A stretch of DNA of 64,000 nt, taken from an uncultured Prevotellaceae bacterium (GTDB taxonomy: Bacteria; Bacteroidota; Bacteroidia; Bacteroidales; Bacteroidaceae). The position numbers and the translations under genes were made by a program. Positions 48,106 through 56,807 of this stretch are shown piece after piece. The stretch lies in the NCBI GenBank assembly GCA_900316975.1, contig ONFA01000008.1, forward strand, positions 4,164 through 68,163, written 5' to 3'. Under the pieces are notes generated by a model. That model made no database searches. It had not been told where the DNA came from and worked only from the letters and a program-made list of their open reading frames with translations. How positions within the stretch are numbered: position 1 is the first letter of the stretch; every line of letters starts with the position of its first letter.

Positions 48106-49947
48106 TTATTTCAGGCTCAACAGCAGTTTCTCCAATGCCTTGCGACGCTCTGCCCAAGTCTTGTAGTCAGAAGCCTTCAGCGTGTAAGTTTTCATCTTAG
48201 CGTTCTTGGCTGTTGAAGTGGTCAAGAGGCAAGGCTGGGTCTTTCCGTCGGCGAGGAGTTTGTCAGCAATGAGATTGGCACCACCCACCTTGAACCAACT
48301 CTCCATCGTATCATCATCACCAGGAATGAGTTGGATGAGCACAGTTGGATTTTCTGCCATTGGCGGGAAATAGGTAGCCACATTCTGGTTCAAGTCATAA
48401 CTGACCTTTCCAAAGTTGATGTCGCCAAGCACCTGAACATCGAATGGGTTGCTGGGGGCGTAAGCAATGCTGTACTTGAGGCCCTTATCAGGTGAGAGGT
48501 ACATGTTGGTGGGATCTGCGATTTTTGTGCCATCCACCACAAAACAATACTTATAGACATCAGCCACATGGTCGGTCAGCGTGACACTCCACACACCATC
48601 GTCACCCTTCGTGAGTGCAACAGGTGCTGAAAACAATTCACCCTCCATCTGCACGCTCTTTGCATCGGGAGCATTGAGGCGGAAAGTGACCTTTCCATCT
48701 GCATAGTCGGGAGAGGTGACCTGTCGGGGGAACAGGCGTGCCATCGTGGCACCCGTGAACTGCTGCTCCTGACCTGTACGTTCCAAAGCCGGCTTGCCGT
48801 TTTTCATCGCCTCTTCGGAGGCTGTAGGATTGAAGAGCAGGCGCAATGACTTGTCGAGGAAATACTTGGCATTCATCCAAGTATGACCGTACTTGTCATG
48901 CGTAAACTCCTTCACACTACGAATGCCGTGCTTGTCGAGGTGCTCCATGTAGTCACGTGCATTTCCAAAAAGGAAATCATCGGTGCCCACACCCAACCAG
49001 AAGAGGTGAATCTTCTGATTTGTATCGGCAGCATGATCATATACACCAGGGATTTCAGTTGCCGTGAATGAACTGTAAGAGCAAAGGTAAGAGAACTTGT
49101 CGAGGTTGCGAAGCCCGATTCCCAATCCTTGGTTTCCTCCACGTGAGAAACCGCCGATGCCACGATGGTCGCGGTCATTGATGGTGCGATAGTGACTCTC
49201 CACATAGTTCATCAAATCGCCTGTGATGTCATCACCCACCACATCGCGCATCATGCCCATACCGCCGAAACCGCCAAATCCGCCAGCAGGAGCCGGTGCT
49301 GGAGGCAATAGTTTTGTTGGGTTGCCATAGGGAAGCACGACAATCATCTCAACAGCCTTTCCTTCAGCAATCAGGTTGTCGAGGATGTAGTTCACGCGGC
49401 CCACCTTATAATATACTTCTTCCGTATCGGTCGTACCGCTGAGCAGATAGAACACGGGATACTTCTTGTTCTTGTCCGTATCATACTTGGGAGGAAGATA
49501 GACGATGGCGTTGTTCACACCTTTCAAACTCTTGGAATAGTAATGGATGTATTCCACCTTGCCGTGTGGTACATTCTTGATGTCATGTGCCAACGAACCA
49601 GTCTTTGCAGGAATTTCCAAGAGACTGTTCTTGAAACCCTCGTTAGGGAAGTATTGTGGACAAAGCGGGTCCATCACGCTCACGCCATCCACCACAAAAC
49701 AATAGGGATACATGTCAGGAGCAGCAGGACCAAGCGTGGCTGTCCACACACCATCCGCGCCTTTCGTCATTGGATTTCTGCCAGCAAACTGCACATCCAC
49801 CTCCACATTCTTGGCATTGGGGTTCTCATACTTGAAGGTCACTGTGCCATCTGCATTGCAAATAGTGGATTGTTTGACCTTTTGAGCCATGGTGGCGGCT
49901 GCACATAAGCAAGCCGCCACACACATGATATATCTGAATGTTTTCAT
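48106..49947 (-). CDS. Esterase-family protein (CE1/feruloyl-esterase-like) with two E-set/CBM48-like modules
   Basis: HGKVEYIHYYSKSLKGVNNAIVYLPPKYDTDKNKKYPVFYLLSG is typical of the putative-esterase fold. Two Ig-like modules (TVTFKYENPNAKNVEVDVQF and KVTFRLNAPDAKSVQMEGE). Confidence 0.7.
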   Translation of the reverse strand: MKTFRYIMCVAACLCAAATMAQKVKQSTICNADGTVTFKYENPNAKNVEVDVQFAGRNPMTKGADGVWTATLGPAAPDMYPYCFVVDGVSVMDPLCPQYFPNEGFKNSLLEIPAKTGSLAHDIKNVPHGKVEYIHYYSKSLKGVNNAIVYLPPKYDTDKNKKYPVFYLLSGTTDTEEVYYKVGRVNYILDNLIAEGKAVEMIVVLPYGNPTKLLPPAPAPAGGFGGFGGMGMMRDVVGDDITGDLMNYVESHYRTINDRDHRGIGGFSRGGNQGLGIGLRNLDKFSYLCSYSSFTATEIPGVYDHAADTNQKIHLFWLGVGTDDFLFGNARDYMEHLDKHGIRSVKEFTHDKYGHTWMNAKYFLDKSLRLLFNPTASEEAMKNGKPALERTGQEQQFTGATMARLFPRQVTSPDYADGKVTFRLNAPDAKSVQMEGELFSAPVALTKGDDGVWSVTLTDHVADVYKYCFVVDGTKIADPTNMYLSPDKGLKYSIAYAPSNPFDVQVLGDINFGKVSYDLNQNVATYFPPMAENPTVLIQLIPGDDDTMESWFKVGGANLIADKLLADGKTQPCLLTTSTAKNAKMKTYTLKASDYKTWAERRKALEKLLLSLK

Positions 49948-49958
49948 TTCTGTCGTAT

Positions 49959-52904
49959 TTATTTCACTACGAAATCAAGGGTCTGGAGATCTTTATCGAG
50001 TGAAGAACTACCATAGAGAATCTGATAACGTCCAGGGCGAGTGGAAAGCTCGTCGATGGATGGATCATAATACTCGAAAGATTCACCATCAAGCGTGATG
50101 ACAGCCTGTGCAGTCTGACCTGCATTGAGGAAGAGTTTTTGGAAGCCCTTGAGCGACTTGATGGGTGCTTCTGGGTAGTCAAGTGCCTTCACATACACCT
50201 GTACGATTTCAGCACCTTCGCGCTTACCCGTGTTGGTCACAGGAACAGTGAGGGTCACCTTGCCGTCAGCAGTCATAGATGACTTAGAGAGTTTGCCCTT
50301 ACCATACTCAAAAGTAGTATAAGAAAGACCATAACCGAAGGCATACTGCGGTACCCCCTTGAAGTAACGATAGGTGCGGTTCTCCATGCTGTAATCCGTA
50401 AATTCGGGCAGGTCATTGTTGGAACGATAGAAAGTGACTGGCAACTTGCCGCTTGGGTTGAAATCGCCGAAGAGCACTTCAGCCAATGCCTTGGCACCAC
50501 CCTGACCAGGATACCATGCCTGAAGGAGTGCGTCGTACTGTCCCTCCACGCTACCGAATGCAATGGCTGAGCCAGAGCAATTCACGAAGATGACTGGCTT
50601 ACCTGTGGCATGCATGGCCTTGACAAGACGCTGCTGTACGGCAGGCAGTTCGATGTCAGCCTTGTCACCGCCTTCACCTTCCATACGGGCAGAGATACCA
50701 CCGATGATGATGATGGCATCCATGTCCTTCACCTCGTTGGCAAGTTCAGTGAACTCGATGAGTTTGCGCTCGCAGATGTCACCACGCAACATGGCAAAGT
50801 TACCATTACCATGCTTGTATTCAATCACAACATCGTAGGTCTCGCCAGCCTTCACAGGGAAAGACTTGTAGTTGGCACCACCACGACCGAAGCCGAAGCC
50901 AAAGCCACCACGACCGCCGCCCTTAGATTCTTCCACGACGTTGCCGTTGATCTTGAGCACATAACCATTATCAGTGCTGAGCGTGTATTGCATATCACCT
51001 GTGAAGGTAGCCTTGTACTTACCAGAAAGACGGACAGACAGCGTATCCTTGCTGACACCCTGAGCAAAGCCCCATGCGCCGAAGGTGGAGAAGTTCAGTT
51101 CGTTGTAATAGTTGGTCACGGCAGGCTTGCCACTCAGACTGTTGTTGTTGAAGAATTCAGCCATGATGCCCTTGCCGTCGTTGAATTCCTGCAAGTGGTG
51201 GATGGTCGTGTAGCCGTCAGACAGTTCGCAAGCCTTCTTGTAGAACACCTCCGTGTTAGGCAAAGCATTCTTGATGCCCTCAAGCAGTGAATGCTGATGT
51301 GCCTTCGTAGGTGTACCGCCATAGTTTCCGTTGAGCAGTTCCACATCGTCGGCATTAGGACCTAACACAGCGATGCGCTTGAGATTCTTCGAAAGAGGAA
51401 GCACACCCTTGCTGTTCTCAAGCAGCACCATTGACTCGCGTGCAGCCTGAACGGCGAGGTCGTTATTGGACTCACTGCTGATCACCTCTGGTTTGAGGTT
51501 TGCCCAAGGAAGCATCTCGGCTGGATCGAACATACCCAATTCAAAACGTCCGTAGAGTGTCTTGCGCAAGTGATAATCAAGTGTGCTCTCCTGAATGAGA
51601 CCTTTCTCCAAAGCCTCCGTAAGCACCATGAACACCTTACCGCACTCGAGGTCGGTACCGTTCAACACTGCATCGACAGAAGCCTCCAGTGGACCAGCGT
51701 GAGTCTCATGCTGACCACGGTTGTAGAAGTTATTGATTGCATCGCAGTCTGTAAGGACGATGCCATCGTAGCCCCACTTGTTGCGGAGAATGTCAACCAG
51801 CAGACGGTCACTCGTACAGCAAGGCTTGCCCTCATAACGGTTGTAGGCACACATCACCTCACGCACATTGCCTTTCTTCACCAATGCCTTGAAAGCCGGG
51901 AGATAGGTTTCCCAAAGGTCACGCATGGAGACTGAAGCATTGAAGGAGTGGCGCTGAGGCTCTGGGCCGCTGTGTACAGCATAGTGCTTGGCACAAGCGT
52001 GGGTCTTGAGATACTTGTCGTCATCACCCTGCATACCGAGAACGGTCTGCACACCCAAAACGGCATTCAGATAAGGGTCTTCACCACAAGTTTCCTGACC
52101 ACGTCCCCAACGGGGGTCACGGAAGATGTTCACGTTTGGACACCAGAAAGTCAGTTCCGGGTTGCCAGGATAGTAAGTGACACCCATTGGCACATTGAAG
52201 AGTTTAGGGTCATTGTGGTCGGTACGGTTCCAGTTGGCACGTGCCTCGTCAGACACAGTTGAGAACACCTCATACATCTGCTGAGGATTGAAAGCAGCCG
52301 CCATACCGATAGGCTGTGGATATACGGTGTAGTCGCCCTGACGCACACCGTGACAAGCCTCGCTCCACCAGTTGTAGGAAGGAATGCCCAGACGATCGAC
52401 AGAGACGGACTTGTTCATCATCAAACCCACCTTCTCCTCGGGAGTGAGCAGAGAAATAAGGTTCTCCACACGCTCTGCGTAAGAAAGTGACGTGTTCTGA
52501 TAAGGATACTTCTGTGGAGCAGGTCCCTCGCTGACCATCGCCTTGATGGAAAGCGCACCAAGGGTGTTGCCGTTTTTGTCGAACAATGCCACGCTACGGA
52601 AACTCTTCCCGATGGATTTGGCAGGGTTGAACACGACCATCACCGTGGCAGACTGACCTGGGGCTACTGCCTCATCGTCATACTGTGCCAGGATGCACTC
52701 GCAACTGGGTTCAGCCTTACCGATGGTAACGGGTGCCTTCGACTTGTTCTTGAATGTGAATGTGTGACAAATGGCGCCTTCTGCCGCATTGACAGTTCCG
52801 AAATCATACTCGTAGGAGTCGAACGAAACAGCACTCTTCTTTTGTGCCCAAACAGGTGCTGCAAGGAGCATGGCACAAAAACTAATTGCAAATAGTTTCT
52901 TCAT
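49959..52904 (-). CDS. GH3 beta-xylosidase/beta-glucosidase with N-terminal DUF1573-like domain and PA14 insert
   Basis: DUF1573-like YEYDFGTVNAAEGAICHTFTFKNKSKAPVTI. GH3 blocks RLGIPSYNWWSEACHGV and GIVLTDCDA. PA14-like AEFFNNNSLSGKPAV. Confidence 0.92.
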   Translation of the reverse strand: MKKLFAISFCAMLLAAPVWAQKKSAVSFDSYEYDFGTVNAAEGAICHTFTFKNKSKAPVTIGKAEPSCECILAQYDDEAVAPGQSATVMVVFNPAKSIGKSFRSVALFDKNGNTLGALSIKAMVSEGPAPQKYPYQNTSLSYAERVENLISLLTPEEKVGLMMNKSVSVDRLGIPSYNWWSEACHGVRQGDYTVYPQPIGMAAAFNPQQMYEVFSTVSDEARANWNRTDHNDPKLFNVPMGVTYYPGNPELTFWCPNVNIFRDPRWGRGQETCGEDPYLNAVLGVQTVLGMQGDDDKYLKTHACAKHYAVHSGPEPQRHSFNASVSMRDLWETYLPAFKALVKKGNVREVMCAYNRYEGKPCCTSDRLLVDILRNKWGYDGIVLTDCDAINNFYNRGQHETHAGPLEASVDAVLNGTDLECGKVFMVLTEALEKGLIQESTLDYHLRKTLYGRFELGMFDPAEMLPWANLKPEVISSESNNDLAVQAARESMVLLENSKGVLPLSKNLKRIAVLGPNADDVELLNGNYGGTPTKAHQHSLLEGIKNALPNTEVFYKKACELSDGYTTIHHLQEFNDGKGIMAEFFNNNSLSGKPAVTNYYNELNFSTFGAWGFAQGVSKDTLSVRLSGKYKATFTGDMQYTLSTDNGYVLKINGNVVEESKGGGRGGFGFGFGRGGANYKSFPVKAGETYDVVIEYKHGNGNFAMLRGDICERKLIEFTELANEVKDMDAIIIIGGISARMEGEGGDKADIELPAVQQRLVKAMHATGKPVIFVNCSGSAIAFGSVEGQYDALLQAWYPGQGGAKALAEVLFGDFNPSGKLPVTFYRSNNDLPEFTDYSMENRTYRYFKGVPQYAFGYGLSYTTFEYGKGKLSKSSMTADGKVTLTVPVTNTGKREGAEIVQVYVKALDYPEAPIKSLKGFQKLFLNAGQTAQAVITLDGESFEYYDPSIDELSTRPGRYQILYGSSSLDKDLQTLDFVVK

Positions 52905-52944
52905 TGTTAATGATTTGATAAAAGATAATAATAGGTTTTGGTGA

Positions 52945-53076
52945 CAAAGATACGGAAAAATTAGGAATGAGGAGTCTGGAATGAAGAATTATTTGCCATC
53001 TTTGGCATTTTTTATAGGAAATAGTAACAAATCGCTAAACGCCAAACGCTAAACTCAAAACTTTTCCGTACATTTG
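52945..53076. promoter_or_regulatory. Bidirectional promoter cassette type C, copy 1
   Basis: Bounded by caaagata and TACATTTG. Its reverse complement is about 80-85% identical to 55708-55840 (gtttagYg heptads, atttgttactatttcc, aataattcYtcattcc, tttttccgtatcttYg). Confidence 0.75.
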
Positions 53077-53106
53077 CAATGTAAACAAACCAAATTGACA
53101 ATACGC

Positions 53107-53817
53107 ATGAGAATTTGTTATATAGTGGCAATGGTGGCAGAAGCCCAACCATTCATCGAGAGATACGGTATCAGGAAAGTGGAGGGATTTTTCGCCCCAC
53201 TCCCTTGCGAACTTTATGAGGGAGAAGTGAACAATGTCACGCTCAATGTGGTGCTGAACGGTCAGCAACAAGGCAGCGACCTCGTGGGATGCGAGGCTGC
53301 TGCAGTGGCAACCCTCAGTGCCATCCAACGATTGCATCCTGACATTGTGGTAAATTCAGGCACTTGCGGTGCCTTCCGCGAGAAGGGTGCCGACATTGCC
53401 GAAGTGTATATCGGCAACGGGGTGATGTTTCACGACCGCCGTGTGCCAGGCGATGACGCATGGGGTACACAGAGCCTTGGCAACTACCCTGTGTGGGAAG
53501 GAAGCCCAGCACTGGCAAAAGCATTGGAATTGAAAATGGGCAAGGTCACGACAGGCTCATCGTTGGACATGCAGCCCTGTGACCTTGAGATGATTCAAAA
53601 GCATGGCGGGGAACTCAAAGATATGGAAGGAGCCGCTGTGGGATTTGTCTGCTCCTTGTTCAAAACCCCCATTCTCTATGTCAAGTCTGTCACCGACCTC
53701 TGTGACAACGGTGCAGAAACTTTCGAAGAGTTCTCCCGCAATCTCCACAGAGCCTGCGACACCCTTCGCACCGCTAACGAAAAAGTGATTGACTACTTAG
53801 CAACAAACTTTCGTTAA
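53107..53817 (+). CDS. PNP_UDP_1-family nucleosidase (MTA/SAH nucleosidase-like)
   Basis: MRICYIVAMVAEAQPF, NSGTCGAF and DMEGAAV are typical of the nucleoside phosphorylase/nucleosidase fold. The TTG at 53074 lies inside the -7 box, so I prefer the ATG at 53107. Confidence 0.6.
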   Translation: MRICYIVAMVAEAQPFIERYGIRKVEGFFAPLPCELYEGEVNNVTLNVVLNGQQQGSDLVGCEAAAVATLSAIQRLHPDIVVNSGTCGAFREKGADIAEVYIGNGVMFHDRRVPGDDAWGTQSLGNYPVWEGSPALAKALELKMGKVTTGSSLDMQPCDLEMIQKHGGELKDMEGAAVGFVCSLFKTPILYVKSVTDLCDNGAETFEEFSRNLHRACDTLRTANEKVIDYLATNFR

Positions 53818-53846
53818 CGGAGTTTATACTCAACTTTCGGAAGTTA

Positions 53847-54027
53847 TTTTTTCAACAACGAATATTCCGAATGTGGCGAATCGTTTTTAATGGGCAAGCC
53901 CGACGAATGAAATCCTGCTAATTTCTCCGAATGAGGAACGCCCGCCATTCGTTTTCCTTCGTTGCCGTCCCGCGGCATTGAAAAGAAAATAGATTCGTTT
54001 CATTAGTTCTATTCGTTGTTGAAAAAA
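53847..54027. repeat. MITE-like element with perfect 18-bp terminal inverted repeats
   Basis: TTTTTTCAACAACGAATA (53847-53864) and TATTCGTTGTTGAAAAAA (54010-54027). The 145-bp interior is rich in cgaatg/cattcg motifs. It has no ORF and lies between convergent genes. Confidence 0.5.
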
Positions 54028-54161
54028 CTGCGAATCCGTGGTTTTATTACTGGCGAGTGTTTAAGACAGACACAAGGTTTTACAAGTGAGCCCTAAATTT
54101 ACTCCGTATTTACTTGATATTTACTTTCCGGGAAAGCGCCACCGGCGCAACTTCTCACCCC

Positions 54162-54189
54162 CAACTGTCAACTGTCAACTGTCAACTGA
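54162..54189. repeat. Four tandem heptads CAACTGT abutting a stop codon
   Basis: caactgt caactgt caactgt caactga lies immediately before the complement stop cta at 54190-54192. Confidence 0.85.
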
Positions 54190-55680
54190 CTAATCCTCGT
54201 TGGTATTCTCCTCTTCCAGAGAGTGGAACGAACTACCGTCAAAGCAGTGTGTACACACTTGGCACTTCTCAAGTCCTATCGCATTCACAATGGTTTCCAA
54301 CGAGGAGAACTTGAGGCTGTCGAGGTTGAGTCGATGGGCTATCTCTGCCACCATCGCCTTGTATTCGGGTGAATCGGTTGTGGCATATGCTTTGATGCGC
54401 TCAGCAGGCACCTCCACATTCTGTGCCGTCTGTGCATCCGCCAGCATGGTGGCTGTACGCGAATGCGTCTCGAGGTCTTTGATGACACGGCGTGTGATCA
54501 ACTCCAATTCCGACTTGCTGGCAGAGAAGTTCACGAACGGACAAGCATAAATCAGTGGAGGACAGGCAATACGCATGTGTACCTCCTTCGCTCCCAAATC
54601 TTTCAGCACCTTCGTGTTCTCTCTCAACTGTGTACCTCTCACGATGGAATCATCGCAGAAAAGACAACGCTTACCCTTCAGCATATCTTTGTTGGGAATG
54701 AGTTTCATTTTCGCCACGAGGTTGCGCACTTCCTGACTTGGTGGCATGAACGAGCGAGGCCATGTAGGCGTGTATTTGCTGATGCCACGCTGATAAGGGA
54801 TGTGACTGCCGGCACTGTAACCCACAGCCATGCCGATGCCCGAATCGGGGATGCCACCCACACAATCCACTTCCGTTTCGTCCGTTTCGCCCATCACGCG
54901 TCCCGTCTCGAAGCGTACCTCTTCCACGTTCTTTCCTTCATACGACGAGGTGGGGAACCCATAATATATCCAAAGGAAGGAACAAATCTGCATCTTCTTG
55001 TTGGGCTTGCGCAACTGCTCCATGCCATCGGCACGCAGACGCACAATCTCGCCTGGACCCACAAAGTATGTCGTTTCGTAACCCAAATTAGGGAATGCCG
55101 TGTTCTCGCTGGTAGCAGCCATCGCGCCCTCCTTCTTGCCAATGATGATAGGTGTACGTCCCCAAGCATCGCGGGCAGCAATGATGCCATCCTCCGTCAG
55201 CAACAACATGGAGCAGGAACCTTTCACAACCTTGAACACATTCTCAATACCTTCCACAAATGTCTTGCCCTGCACAATCAACACACCAATCAACTCCGTC
55301 GGATTGATCTTTCCTGACGAGAACTCAGACAGGTACATGTTCTCGTCCAAGAGTTTGGAGGCAATCTCCTCCATATTGTTGATTTTCGCCACCGTCACAA
55401 TCGCGAAACGCCCCAAGTGACTGTTGAACAGCATCGGTTGTGCATCGGTGTCACTGATGATACCAATGCCCGACTCGCCTTCAAACTTAGACAGTTCCGC
55501 CTCAAAACGTGTACGAAAATAAGTGCTCTCCAGATTATGGATGGCGCGGTAGAACCCCTTTTCCTTACTATACGAAGCCATACCTCCGCGTCGTGTACCG
55601 AGGTGTGACTGATAGTCTGTGCCATAGAAAAGGTCTGCCGCACATTTTTCCATTGATACGGTCCCAAAAAAACCTCCCAT
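54190..55680 (-). CDS. Amidophosphoribosyltransferase-like protein (PurF family) lacking the N-terminal Cys nucleophile
   Basis: PRPP motif CLFCDDSIVRGTQL. The N-terminus is MGGFFG where PurF has MCGI(V/F)G. LFYGTDYQSHLGTRRGG parallels YYGL..LQHRGQEG. Cys-rich tail CQVCTHCFDGSS. The TTG at 55710 lies in the -7 box. Confidence 0.8.
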   Translation of the reverse strand: MGGFFGTVSMEKCAADLFYGTDYQSHLGTRRGGMASYSKEKGFYRAIHNLESTYFRTRFEAELSKFEGESGIGIISDTDAQPMLFNSHLGRFAIVTVAKINNMEEIASKLLDENMYLSEFSSGKINPTELIGVLIVQGKTFVEGIENVFKVVKGSCSMLLLTEDGIIAARDAWGRTPIIIGKKEGAMAATSENTAFPNLGYETTYFVGPGEIVRLRADGMEQLRKPNKKMQICSFLWIYYGFPTSSYEGKNVEEVRFETGRVMGETDETEVDCVGGIPDSGIGMAVGYSAGSHIPYQRGISKYTPTWPRSFMPPSQEVRNLVAKMKLIPNKDMLKGKRCLFCDDSIVRGTQLRENTKVLKDLGAKEVHMRIACPPLIYACPFVNFSASKSELELITRRVIKDLETHSRTATMLADAQTAQNVEVPAERIKAYATTDSPEYKAMVAEIAHRLNLDSLKFSSLETIVNAIGLEKCQVCTHCFDGSSFHSLEEENTNED

Positions 55681-55707
55681 AAATAGTAATGTGTTTGAAA
55701 TCGGGTA

Positions 55708-55840
55708 CAAAGGTACGAAAAAGTTTAGAGTTTAGTGTTTAGTGTTTAGTGATTTGTTACTATTTCCCATAAAAAAACGACTAAGATGACAAATAATTCC
55801 TCATTCCTAACTTCTCATTCCCAATTTTTCCGTATCTTCG
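55708..55840. promoter_or_regulatory. Bidirectional promoter cassette type C, copy 2
   Basis: Bounded by caaaggta and TATCTTCG. The interior is gtttaga gtttagt gtttagt gtttagt heptads followed by ...aataattcctcattcctaacttctcattcccaatttttccg. Confidence 0.75.
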
Positions 55841-55861
55841 CCACACAAAACCTACAAGACC

Positions 55862-56704
55862 ATGAGAAAAAGAGCAGATTATATCCAGAGCATAGAGATC
55901 AAGGCTCTGTGGAAAGGTGGCAGGCACATCATCTGGCACTTGCAACCTGACGTGAACATCCTCAGTGGCATCAACGGTGTGGGCAAAAGCACCATCATCA
56001 ACCATTCGGCACGCACGCTGGCGGAGATTGACCGCGACGAGATTGTGCCGAAAGAGGCTCCACAGGGGGTGACCATCAAACTGATGCCGGAAGATGCAAC
56101 TTACATCAAGTTTGACGTCATCCGCTCGTTTGACCGCCCTCTGCTGCACAGCGACTTGCTGGAGAAGCTGTCGGATTCGCGGGTGAAGACGGAACTGGAT
56201 TGGCAAATCTACCGTTTGCAAAAGAGGTTCCTCGACTATCAGGTGAACATCGGCAACCGTATCATCGAACTGCTGACCAGCGGAGACCCCGACGACCAGA
56301 TGAAGGCTGCGGAGGTGAGTGCGCCCAAAAAGCAGTTTCAGGACATGATTGACGAACTGTTTGCCGACACAAACAAGAAGATTGACAGGAAAAGCAACGA
56401 AATCCAGTTTGTGCAGACAAACGGTAACGGAACCACCGAGATGATTACACCCTATCAACTCTCCAGCGGTGAGAAGCAGATGCTTGCCATCCTGCTGACC
56501 GTACTGGTGGAGAACCGAGAACCGTATGCCTTGTTGATGGACGAACCCGAAATCTCGCTCCATATCGACTGGCAACAACGCCTCATCGACCTGATACGGC
56601 AACTCAACCCGAATGCCCAAATCATCCTCTCCACCCACTCCCCTGCCCTCATCATGGATGGATGGATGAGCAATGTGACGGAAGTGGGAGATATCAGTAA
56701 TTAA
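55862..56704 (+). CDS. Compact ABC-type (AAA_21/AAA_15-like) ATPase
   Basis: Walker A GINGVGKST. ABC signature LSSGEKQML. Walker B LLMDEPEISLH. H-loop STHSP. Only 280 aa, with an insert of about 100 aa between Walker A and the signature. Confidence 0.85.
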   Translation: MRKRADYIQSIEIKALWKGGRHIIWHLQPDVNILSGINGVGKSTIINHSARTLAEIDRDEIVPKEAPQGVTIKLMPEDATYIKFDVIRSFDRPLLHSDLLEKLSDSRVKTELDWQIYRLQKRFLDYQVNIGNRIIELLTSGDPDDQMKAAEVSAPKKQFQDMIDELFADTNKKIDRKSNEIQFVQTNGNGTTEMITPYQLSSGEKQMLAILLTVLVENREPYALLMDEPEISLHIDWQQRLIDLIRQLNPNAQIILSTHSPALIMDGWMSNVTEVGDISN

Positions 56705-56710
56705 GTGAAT

Positions 56711-56797
56711 AGTGAAAAGCGAAAAATCTAAGTTACTTTTGCAAATGAAAAGCCAACAAGCTGAATGGCAGGTTACTTGAATTTTTCACTTTTAACT
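56711..56797. repeat. Imperfect inverted repeat between the ATPase and DUF4435-like genes
   Basis: AGTGAAAAGCGAAAAATCTAAGTTAC (56711-56736) pairs with GTTACTTGAATTTTTCACTTTTAACT (56772-56797). It shares the gtgaaaaatctaagttac module with 1145-1165 and 46215-46280. Confidence 0.7.
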
Positions 56798-56807
56798 TCT
56801 ATGGCTT

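Noticed and set aside
55781-56638. 285-aa ORF on the minus strand
   Set aside because: It is antisense to the ABC ATPase and runs through the promoter cassette. It has no recognisable motifs, whereas the plus-strand frame has a full Walker/signature set.
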